A stretch of DNA of 64,000 nucleotides, taken from contig CM120641.1 of the NCBI GenBank assembly GCA_051362555.1, forward strand, positions 3,348,001 through 3,412,000, in the 5' to 3' direction. This document shows positions 48,501 through 61,200 of this stretch, in pieces. This stretch comes from Lingula anatina. Lineage: Eukaryota; Animalia; Brachiopoda. Positions within the stretch are counted from its first letter, which is position 1, and each line of letters begins with the position of its first letter. The position numbers were made by a program, and so were the translations under genes. The notes under the pieces were generated by a model, which ran no database searches, was not told the DNA's origin, and was given only the letters and a program-made list of their open reading frames with translations.

Positions 48501-51500
48501 ACAAAATTAAGAGAAGGAAAAATTATTACTGTCAGTGACAGAATAAGTATCAAGGATAACAAATACATCATGCTTAATTCACAACTGTTTTGTTTATGTA
48601 GTGGAAATATCTCACTGTTATGTGTTAACTAAGCATGTTTTAAACATAAGCCAAGCTGATAGGAATGGTTTATGGCATTGCAACTGTCTTATTATTTATG
48701 CTCAGATATGGATTAATTATAATAAATCAAGAATGTGAAATTGGATTAGGAGCATGATAAAAGGCATAAATATGGAGAGAGAGAGAGAGAGAAAGAAAGA
48801 GAGAGAGAGAGAGGGAGAGAGAGAGAGGGGATAGGTAGGACTGGGTGGAAATGTTAATACTATTTCATCTATCTCATGACGATCCTTGTTGTTTTTTTAA
48901 TAACCATACCAAATGTTGATTAAAAATGTATTACCTGAGACAAGTATATAAAACTTGGGGGTAAAGCAAAATATCTAATATGCAGCAGGATCAAAAAGAA
49001 TTTATGAAAATGACCAGTGAAGATTTTTTAAATAAGCATATAAGCAAGTGTTTAGCTGTGCTGTAGCATATAACTGACCTTGGGATCAGAGAGCTGGTTA
49101 GTACTATACTGAAATATAACAGGATGGTGGCCATTGTTGAGAAACAGGCTTTACACTAAGCAGAAAAATTAAGCGTCGAGACTGAGAAAGCTCCTGGCTG
49201 CTTCCCAGCATAGAGGAGATACAGCAAAGTTCACTCTTATAGATGCTAGACTTTATTTTTTTTTGAGTTTTATTACCTCTAAACTGGACTTATTAGATTC
49301 TTGAATATATATATAAAAATCTACCAAACCAATAACACCTACCAAATTTCAGAAAAAAAAATCTGATTACAATTTTTTAAGCAAACCACGTTGATCCAAA
49401 AAGGTTCTGCAACAATTAATTCTGATCAACAGATGACAAAATGATATTATTTTGACAAGTTTTAAATATCACTGAAATTTAATCACAGTGCTAAATGAAT
49501 AGTAAACAGAAATACATTATTTTCTGATCTTTGCAAACAATTAGGTGTGCAGTGCACAAAAAAGTTTTCCAAGTGCCAATTAATCACTCTAATTTTTCAG
49601 ATCAATGTGTTGTGTAAATATCACCTCTATATTCACCTTGCTACAATTATATATATACAAAGAGTCAGCTGACAAATCCATTACTAATTCTTGAATCACC
49701 AAGGTATAATTCATCCACATCCACTCACATACTTGACAATGTATATATTCCAGCATTTTACCCTTGGCAAGTGCTTTACCAGTATGGAATGTCCTTTCTC
49801 TTGGCTTGAAAACAGGCCATATACCCAATTTGGTAATTGGTAAAAAAAGTTGCACCCTGAACTACCTTTCTACGTTACCTTGGAACATATCCTTGTTAAA
49901 GTCTAGATACCATTAGGTTAGAGTACTTCAATTATTTAAGTTCAAAATATACTGTCATCCTCCATCAATAGGGATGATTTAGTTAGTAATTGGAAGAGCA
50001 ATAAACTTGTTCAACAGATTTCAATCTCATATTACACACACCGATGTCAAAGCCAGTTATTGGTTGCATTTCATTGTTGTAATAATGAAAGATATGTAAA
50101 GGTCTAGCCCAACACCAATTGTCCAGTAAATCGTAAGGTACTCAACGAAGTTAGTCATCAAGGTGAAAACACTGCATTTATCTGCAAACTTTCCAGTTTT
50201 ATTAGGCTAATAAACATGGGTCTTATTTTTGATTATACTGATTATCTATCTAAAAACTGCATCTTCTCATCATGCACTTAGAAATAATGCAGGGTAAGCA
50301 TCTTACCACGAATAACCTTAAATATGCTTTAACATCTGACATTAGTAGGTCATTACGTGACTAGTTGTGTATTATCTCCCCAGGCCAACCAATATAGGAC
50401 AATATATATGAACTGTGTACAATTCAAACAGTTGTGGAATCTGTTGCCCAAAAGAACTAAATACAGAAAGTTGGTCTTCCCTTTTCAATTGCAAACATTG
50501 ATCTACTTCAGAGAATAAATCCATCGTAGTGGACTAAACAAGTTATAAATGGTCTGAAAAATATAATAACCTCTCTCTCTTAAAAAGAAAGTGCAACATT
50601 TCATTTTAGAGGACTGTACTGATTTACCTTCCGCCAATGCATAATAAAAAACTTGTTCTCAAATTTATGACAAACTTTTTTATACCATTCTTTTATCAAA
50701 CTGGCCTTTGATAAGAAGGCTCTGGTTATACAATATTTTGATGAACACTTGGAAATGAAAAAAAAAACTGTATACAATTCTATATTGTCCTATGGTAAAC
50801 AAAAATAATAAACAACTTACATTGATGCTGGGCCAAACCTATACATGAGATATATACAGGAACATCATTGCCATGGTAATAATAATAATAATAATAAAAA
50901 CTGAAATGTGCATGCATTTGTGAAAGTCGTTTGATCTGCAGCTTTTCCTTGAACTCATTTCAAGTTAGGCACTCAATTTTACTACAGTGAAGGAACTTTC
51001 ATGACTTTCCCACACTCTCTTATTCCTTTAGCCAGTGCCAGCTTTTTTAATCAACCAATGAGACAGAACATAAGTAATTTATATGTTAAGTGTGTTGTGT
51101 TAATAATAAGTTATACAATAATGCCTCACTGGTCGAAACAAAATGCTGAAAACATGGAATAACATTTTATAAAATCAATTTTTAAAAAATGCATTATGTA
51201 AATGGATGACCTGCCACAGAGCACACAGCTCACCCAAGGGGTTGCAATTAAGGATCTACTTTAATAAGTGAAGTTAGGCTTAAACTGGTTTCTGTTAAAT
51301 CCAAAATTTAATCCAAACTGAGAACCTATCTTGAAATACTGGGAAAGCGGCACTGATCAAATAACACAATAGATCATATACCTTTCTCCATTCCTTCTTA
51401 GGGCTCAAACAATTCTAAAACAACAAGATGCTGAACTGAAGCAGCTAGCAATAAAGAAACAAGAACAGAGCTCCACTTGTCTCAGTCACATGCAATGGAC

Positions 51501-54500
51501 TCCCTATTTTTTTTTGTCCTCTGAAAATTGCTCATTGTTGACAGCATTGTGAACAAAGTAAGTCTGACAAAAAATTTTTGAGAATTGTGACTCTTTGCTT
51601 TTACTTGCCATAAATACTGCCAAAGAAATAATCATTTTTTTTAAATTTTCAGAAGAAAAAATTATTTAAAAACATTTTAAGTAGTTATTTCCAGCATCTT
51701 TGTTTCATCTAATAAAACTTGCTATGACCATTTCCTTTGGTTTCCCTAAATTCACTGAAAGGTTGCTAGTATGTACAAAACTTACACAACAACTATTTTA
51801 GTCAGCACATCAAAAGAAAAACTCATTTTGAAAATTAAAAGGAAAGAAATTGCTTCCATTAGCTTTATACAATTGAAATAAAAGCACAGAAAGTAAAAGT
51901 TGTACTTAAGGATGCAACAGTGTTAATAGTTTGATTATAAGTAAATTTGATAAAGCCCCCCTTTCAGAAGATTTTATCAAAGATGCAAAACTTTCTAAGA
52001 AAAAGAAGTAATATCAGTTAGAGTGCCATATTAGATAAAACAGATATTCTCTGTCATGAAAAGAATAAAGAACTATGGTAGTCTCAAATGGGAAATGAAT
52101 AATATATAAAAACAATAAATTTAACAGTTACTCACATACAACTCTTATAGCAACAATTCTTGTGATTGGGATGATTTTTTCACTGTCAAATCTCATAGAA
52201 ATATTACTTAAAATCCTGATAAAAATTGCTAAATCTCCACAGAAGATTGAACAAATATTTCCTCCAGGATTTTCAAAGGGAATTTCTACAAGATTAACTT
52301 TTAGCAGAAGACATGGACATTTGGTGTTAAATTTACTGTTGTCTTCATGACAAACCATAAAACAGTCATTTGTTGTAGTAACAAAATGGACTACTTACTT
52401 TCAACACTGCCAGTAGTACATTCACTGCCTCCTTCATCTTAGAGTGCATGGACCCATGACTCAACTCTTCATAAATAAATATCCCTAAACTACTAATTGC
52501 TACACATCTGAAAACAAAACAAAATCAGCATAATAATTTTAACAGACTGTGGCATTTGCCATCAGGTTGAGGAAACTGACCACTAAATCTGGCTACAACC
52601 TTGTAAAAAATTGGTTTTTCAAAGTTATTTCCAACTTGTGAACATTTTAGCTGTTGTTTCGAGTCAATCTTCCACATATTTCATCTGTGGCTCTTTTCTG
52701 TCCAAAACCTTTCACTTATTCAGCCTTGCTGTCTTTTTTTGTCCAAACCCTCTAACCAGGCTGTTCTCTGTCCAAAATCTCTTACCTTGCCAGTCCAGCT
52801 GGCTCTTTCTTTCCACACTTCAACACCATACTAATGAGATGGTCCTTGAGGTCATTGCACCACATCATGGTCATTTCCACTGGACTGGGCTGCAGGACAG
52901 ACAGCTGGCCAAAGTGGTTGGGAAGACACAGGAGAGAGCCCAGGATGGACACTGCCTCTGTTCTGGGAGCCTGAAGTGATTTATTACAGCAATTTAAAAA
53001 TTTTCCCTCAAGCTGTTTGTGTGTCTAATCATACCATGTCAAAACACAATATATCTGCCTAAGTTATATCGAATTTCTTCCCAAAAATCAACTCTTTTTT
53101 TTTTTTTACATTCATTTAACAGTAGAGTGAATTTCTTTCTAGAGGACTGATAAATATATAGTTAGCACTTTTGTACAACCCTCTTGGGTCAAACAGCCTG
53201 ATCTAGAGTTTCACAAACAGTAAATGGAATTCTTTCTGGGCTTAGCTTCAGAACTCAAGTACATCAATTCATCAAAAGGCGAGAAAACCACATCAGGAAT
53301 TAGGAATGTAACTATAAATAGATGGCAGAAGCTGGTGGAAGGCAACTTACCTCTTTGAGGTCTGTGGAAGAGGCTATGGTGTTGGCAGCATGAAGGAAGT
53401 CTAGTAGTAATATGGTGGAGCCTGGTAATGGCATAGAGAAGAAGCGTGGACCGCAGTGTCTCACCAACGCATTCACCACATCCTGGTAAATGTTTTAATT
53501 ACTTTATTATAATTTACTGAGAGAACTGACACAGAAAGTTATTAAGAAATGAGATGGATAATCCACTGGACATTAAAAGTAATTTTTTCGATTTGTGCTC
53601 TCAGAGAAATTTCACTGCCAGAACTGACAGAATATATTCAAAGGTCCTTTATGTAAGTGTCCACAAAAAGAGGTTTGGACTGTTTACTCACTTGATCATT
53701 ACTCATCAGACCTTCGTGTAGAACTCTATAGAACTGAGACAGGTGGTCCATTGGTAAGGGGACGTCGTGGCGTCTCAGAGATATTACACACAGTAACCTG
53801 TAGGCTAGTAACCTGCCTCTCTTGTAGCGGTCCTGAAGCTCTACAGCCTAATTTACAAACACAAAAACATAAAAATTCAATATGATGAAAATTTGATGTC
53901 TAATAAATAAATGATTTAAAAGATTTTCTCTGATGTAATTGTATAAGGATGCATAAAGATTATCATAAAGACTTACAGACGGAAGGCAGACGTCCATGTT
54001 TTTAAGCAGATATGAGAGCTTCTCTCTAAACAGTATGAAAGCAACACAGCAGAACATCCACAAGTTTTTAAATTTTGTGTCACATTCCAGGAAGGGTGTG
54101 TGTACAGTAAGTACTTACCCGGAATAACCATGGAGCTATCATGAGGATAGGAGGAATAAATTCTGGCCGTATTGGAGAAGATTGATTGTCTGGAGTTACA
54201 CTTTGGTTTTCACGTACCTAAAAGAAAAGAATTTTGAAATACTTCAAAATTCTTTTGCATAGTCATCACTGTAAAGAGTGATGGTTCAAGATAAAAACTT
54301 TTTAAAATTCTAATTTCAAATGACACATGCTTGTTGTTTTTAAGATCAAATTAACATAAAAATAAAAAAAAATTAAATACTCAAAATTATAATAAGATTC
54401 AATTAAGTTCACATAAATATGTCACTGTTTCCATGTTCAACATTCTATTAACAAAAGTACTATTAGCAAAGCACATAAATGCGATAAAATTTTTCTAAAA

Positions 54501-55222
54501 TATTCTAAGAGGAAGGGCACTCACTTTGATAAGAGAGTCTGTGAGGTCACAAAAATATTCAAACACACTGGCGTGGATGTCTGGGTCTTTGATCTGGTTG
54601 ATGTCCCCCAGGGCTCCCAGCATCCGTCTCCACAGGATGACAGCGGCCTCTGGTGTCCAGCCTGTGACGTTACCACCAGCCAAGACACAGCGACTGTCTT
54701 CAGGACAGGAATGCATGGTTAATACTGAAACACACACCCACATCGAAAATGACAGTGTTTTTTTTTCATACAGCAATAGCATTCTAGACAAAAATGCACT
54801 GATAACATTATATATACAAACAAAAAATAACTTATACGGTTTGTTTTTAATTGTTATCTCTTTACTAACTGAACTTTTGTTCTTAGATAATGCTATGAAC
54901 AGTTTAAGGTAAGTGTTTATCCAATCTGAAATGCAACAAAATTTACTCTTGCTTTTATGGATTCTAACACACAGAATATTTTTTTCTTGCAAATGAAAAA
55001 AGGAACACATTATTTTAGAAACTAAGTGTTTTTTTTTTACCTGGGCTTAGAAGATTTTCATCAGGTGTCTCCTCTTCAATATGGATGCTCTCTCTATCAG
55101 GGGTGTCGGAGTCTTTGATGTGAAGTTCCTCCTTCTCTACCTCATATAACTCTTCCTCCTCAGGGCCAGGAGAGGGAGACCTGGACTGAGACCTGATCAT
55201 GGAGGAGGAATCATCTGGAGGA

Positions 55223-55281
<59 letters not shown>

Positions 55282-58200
55282 ATACACACACACGCAAACA
55301 CACACACTAGTACAATTACTGTGTGTAGTTTTATGCTTATTCCAACATTTGCCTCCTTCTTCCTTCTTTCTTTTGTTTGTTATTATCCCTATTATCACTA
55401 TCATCATATTTTAATTATCTATTAACATTTTATAAAATGCTCTCAAGAAATGCGCATAAAAGGCAAGAACAATACAAGAACATAACATAACAAGAGTCAG
55501 TCACCTCTTCTGAATACAGGTTCTTCGTGCAGGTCTTCAGATTGTCTGTAGGTCACAGGTGACCCTGACCTTGATGTTGACCTTGACCTGGTAGAGTGAA
55601 ATGACACTGGGGAGGAGGTGGAGCCTGCTTAAAAAACAAATAAAGCTCTGATCTCTTTTTACTGTTGAATTGACGAATTAAAAAAAAAAAATCAATGGAA
55701 CATCTCTTTTCATCAACACTATTTGTTTTACTTCATATGAATTTAGTTTTATTATTTTTATATTTACATGAGTTGAGCTTAATTACTAGATATAGTGTTT
55801 CTCCCAGTGAATGGATTTAGCTTTACAATAAGCCATTGCTTATTTCAAAAACTTTGATAACAGTTTTTAACTTCGCTGTCATAATAAAGAAAACTGTAGT
55901 TCTAAGGCTGCGTAAAACTGCACTTTCTTGAAAAATTTACATTCCATATTTACAAACGCATCAATAATGCCTAAAACCACACTATACCTCTTCTTGCTTG
56001 ATCTGAATCACTTTTCTCTGTGCTCCCACTGTCGCCACTCTTCTCATGGTCCATGAAGGTGTAGGGCACCAGGATACTCTCGGCACTGGTCATACTGGTG
56101 GTGTCCGTGATCATGGCAGCGGTGTCAATGAGAGCAGACGACAGGCCTGCCGTGACTGTGGCTACCTCCTGGTCCTCTTGGCTGATGTTCAGTAAGTCTG
56201 GATCAGAAACATCACAGAAAAGGTCAAAATATGACCTTATCTGATTAGAACTACCTAGATTTGTTAATAAATATACAACCACCTAGTTTTTCACTAAAAC
56301 TTGGGATGAATCTATGGGAAACAAAGAAGGAATTTAAAGGATTTGTAATTTGTGCAAAAGCATTTACCAGAAGGGGTTTATATGACCAATTTTGTTATTG
56401 TTGAGAGGCATCTTCAAAAGCATATTTTCTTTAAAACATTTAAACACAATCCTGGATACAAGTTTCAATAAAGAAATAATCACTTCTGATCAATATCTTC
56501 ACTAGTTTTCATAGACAAATTGAAGGAAAATGAATAGACAGAACATGTTTTAATATGTCATAAAAACCACACATCTGAATCATACAAATATTCAAGAGAA
56601 CAGTTCATACTTTAGAATTAAGTCAAAAGCCTACAGTGAAACATTCAAGTTTGTGACAAATAAACATTTCTTATTGATCCAGATCTATTATTATTATCTT
56701 ATTACCCCTGTGTTCTTCATCATCAGTAGTTTCTGCATTACCAGAAGAATCAGCACTGGTATCACTGACAAAACTGGAGCCTGAAATTAAAATAAAACAA
56801 AATAAATACAAATAAAAGCAGTTCTTTTTAACAGTTTGCTCTTTATATAAAGATGCTAAAGCATCTGTGTAAATGAATATGTTTCTTTGGTTAACAGGCT
56901 TGCACAATCGTAAGAGTTGACTTGAAAAGAGATGCTTCTGCATCAAACCAAGTTCCTGCTTGTTCTTGGATAGGTATAACATGAAGTGGGGTGAAAGACC
57001 TGTGGCATGAAGTTTAACAGTTATTAAATCCCACTGGAGAACAGCCTGTACTGTACCATAAGTAGCACACCTATGGACTGCCTCATTGTACATACACTAG
57101 GCTTCTTGTCACTCTATCATTTTAATCTGTACCTTTATTTTTCCGCCTTCCCTCCAGGTCAATGAGGGCTATGTTGCTGTCACTGCTGCTGCGTACCAGC
57201 TGTGCAGCAGCCTCATCGATGTCACTGGCTGATCTGGAATGAGCTGGTGAAGAATCTCCACTGAAAGACCTCTGGCGACGCACTGGGGCCTCTGGTAACT
57301 CTGAACCTTCAAAACCTGAAATTTCCACAGGACAGCTTTGTTACTAGGGTCTCTATCTGAAATTTTATTCACAGCACAAAAACTCTAATCCTGTCATATC
57401 CTAAAATATATACCTTCTATTTGCATAAGCTTACCTAGTGCTTAATGCACAATACAAGCTGTACCTAAGAAATGACTTTTTAGATACAATTGTAATTTTT
57501 CCTGTCCCTATTTATTAAAAAAATCTTTGGCAAAGAAAGTCAAACACAAAAAGTATCTGACAAATCAATGTATGTATTTGTATCTGTAAAATCTGCAAAG
57601 ACGTCAAAGTGTGCTGGGTTATGCCACTGCAGGTTATGAATCTGTCCAGTATAGTGCCAGTTCTCTCTTACTGGTAGTGATAATGGTAGGAGGTGCTGTG
57701 GCCCCAGACTGGCCATTCTCTGCCACTGTAGTTAACTGATTGGTGGACTGGATGAGGAAACTTTGTGCCACATGTTCTTTTTCTATACGGCTCCAGGCTC
57801 TGGAAAATGTCCTGGTATGCCTCTTGCCTAGAATGATAAAATAAGGAGATTTAATTCAGAATCAGTATACCACCCTAATTCAACAAAAAATGTCAATCAA
57901 AATGATACCAATACTGGTATGTTGCTTTAACCTGAACAATGCAAAATGAATGCGTTACATTTTTATGAAAGCTTAATTACATAATAATAAAAGGCAGCAT
58001 CATTGCAGACCTTTTAACTCATTTTCTTGCTTGGATGCTCTGAAGTTTCTCAAATCTTTTAGGAAAATACTTCTTGCAAAGTATGTTTTATTAAAGAAAA
58101 TCACCTTGCTGCTTGCCTCCCCTTTTCTTCTTCTGTTTCTGCTCACTCAATCTGTCTAAAGGTAAGTCATGCATGTCTAAGTTGTACACCTGCCTCACCA

Positions 58201-61200
58201 GTACTCTAGTCAACGTCTCCATAGTTTTCTGAAAAAAAAAAGAAAATTATTCATTACATAATCCGAGGAATATTAGTTTCTTATACTCATGATATTGAAT
58301 CATGTATATTAATCAGTAAATAATTCTAATATTGCTGCCGACAGAAAAGTTTCAAAATGACTCAACTAATCGAAAAAATTCTAATCCAACGACAAATATG
58401 CGAAAGTTCTTCTCACTCACTCTATCAATTTCTGACTAGTTCCCATAATACTCACAGCCCACTCCCTGACTAGTTCCTCCCACTGTGTGAGGGAGGACAG
58501 GACTTGTAGAAACTGGTCCCACAGCTCTGTAGAGATATGCACACTCAGATTGGCCTTGATCCAGGTGACAATCAAAGTCTGCAATACAGAGGCAGGGGTT
58601 TATTTAGATGTCTGTTTGTAAAACAGTTCCTACACACAACAGTGACAAAATATCTTTTGTTACCCATGCTTTTGTACAGTTAAGTTTGAAACATCTACTT
58701 CATATGATTAAGTTATGAATGATTTGGAAAAAATTATTCATATTCATTTATATATATTCAACTATTGATTTATAATAAAAATTTAAGTGAGCAAATGTCT
58801 GACCCCTCGGCCAATACCAGACATATCTTCTGCTGGCATTGAGGCAAAGTCAGTTTTTTCTTTGGTGAGTGTCCATTTCTTGTTGTTTGTACTCTCAACA
58901 ACAAAAATATCACAGATAAACTCACCAGTGTATGACAATTTCGCTACAATTACAAAAGTCTTCCATAATTAAGTACATGCCTCTGAGTAAGAACAATTCA
59001 ATTTGGATTGAACAATGATAGAAAAAGTGCATGTGTAAATCAATCAGTCCTGATGCTGGTCACTTAACAACAATTTCAATACATATATACATCCAGATCG
59101 AAAAAGTTTTTAAAACATTTTCTTGAAAGAGGCTACACGTATTATGGTTTAATTAGGCACAAAACAAAAAGAAGCAGAACAATTTCCATGGCACATTTAT
59201 GGTACATAGTAGGAGACAAAACTGATCAGAAAGTTTGTATGCTGTAAAACCCTATACCCACTTGGAATATTGCAGTGCCCAGTTTGCCTCCCAGATTCTT
59301 GTCTCTGTATGGGGGTGGATTCTCTTTTAATACTGTTGAAGTGACTTTCAGTAATACTTGTAATAATTGTTCCCTGCAAAAAGATAAAAAATTTAATATT
59401 TATGTTTATTGGAGTTTATTTGTTTTGTCTTTAAAATACATGGTTATTACTTTCAAATGTTTACAATACAACAAGAAGACAAGCCTTAGAAATTGTAAAA
59501 CTGACAAAAGTTCCCAATTATAAAGCAAAATACCAACCAAGTTCTTTGCTCCATGATCAAGTTCATCACCACATATCTATACATGTTGATCACTCTTCTA
59601 CACATTTCCACCTGAAAGTTCCACATCTTATTTTAGTAAGAGTACCTCCTAAGTTTTATGTCTATCAGAATCTGCCATGCATTTCTTAAATGCCTATTTA
59701 ACAGCAGAAGTTGAATAAAACATATGCATTGATTTCAAAACCAGGACGTTTTTGAAGCAAGATAAGACTGTAGTAGGCTAAAAAGTAAACTGATACAGAT
59801 ATACCTTGGTTCAAAGTTTCTGTCTTTAAGTTAAAACCCACAATGTACTCAAGTTCCTTTGTGAAACATGACCCAGAAATGACTTGCAAACTTAAAATAT
59901 AAAGACTTTTTGCTCTAATAAACTCTTACTACAAATCTTACAAACTAACACTTAGTCCAAAGGCACAAAAAAAAAAAAAAACCAGTAAATAAATTTTATG
60001 GCATTAATAATCAAGAGCCAAATCTACCCACCTGCTCTGAAAACACCTTATGATGCTCACTGGGCTCCAACAAGAACACGTTAGCAGTATTGGTGATAAG
60101 AACCTGCAGTGTGTTCTGTAAACCTGCACACACGCTGGCTTCCAGATCAGGCGTGGAAGAAAAGATGGCGCCAAGGTAGGAGTCGTTTCTTTTCCGCATA
60201 CCAGGTTGGGGCTCAGGTTGGAGAAAAGATGGTGGAGGTGATGTGGAGGAGTTTTCCTTCAAAAAGAACGTAGGTTTTTAAATCAAATAATTTTTACTGA
60301 TGCACTTTAAGAAAACATTCAGTGAAATTCTTAAATAAAAGCAGCAATTCTAAACATAGACATAAGCTAACTTTTCAAGATGATTCAAATAAAAGCAACT
60401 ATTCACATTCACCTAACAAAACTATATAAATCTACTTTCAATTCCTCCTGGGAATTCAAAATGAAACTTTAACATAAGATATCTCCACTGACAACTTTAT
60501 CATTATACCTCTGATGAGCTCTCTTCAGATATATTTCCCAACTTTCCATTGCCACTTTCTCTTCTGTTGTAGATTCCCCTTGCAGAATCATTTGGTTCTT
60601 TCATGAATACGGGTCTGTCTGCTTCATTCTAAAAATGTAGATTGTAATCATAACCAAAGGTTCTAGCAAGCTGATTATGCAAAACTGCAGTCTAAAGGCC
60701 TTTAAAGTGCTAAAACCTTTCAACATGTTGTTGCTTTACAACTTGCCCAATGCTGTATGGAATACATGGGAGCAGACAAACTGTAAGGTAAAGCTTGTTG
60801 GTTTTTCATCTTTTTCCAAATCTAGTCCACAATAATCACATCATTGCAAGTAACTCTCATCAGGCTATTAAAAGCATTTTCAGGCACTGAAATCATTCTA
60901 TCAAATATCAATCTGATGTAAAATGTTAAGAAACACGTAAAAAAATAGTTTCTCTATCTTTTAACCTGTTTACATGTTAATGAAAAAACTTACATGTATA
61001 ATTTAACAACAGCCAAGCTTACCTGCAGCCAGTCCTTATAAACTGCCAAAACCTTCTTTATAGCTCCACTATGGTAAAAAGGCAACAACAGTGCCTGTCT
61101 AAACACTTCATGAACAAGATTGACATTCTCCTGCGTGGAAAACAAAACGCTGCGGACAATCTCAAACTCAGTCAACAACTGTCCTTCATCCTCGTCGTCA

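Noticed and set aside
59698-59889. Possible RALGAPA exon with AG/GT flanks
   Set aside because: It has a stop in the required phase, and exons 60032-60256 and 59538-59611 join correctly without it.
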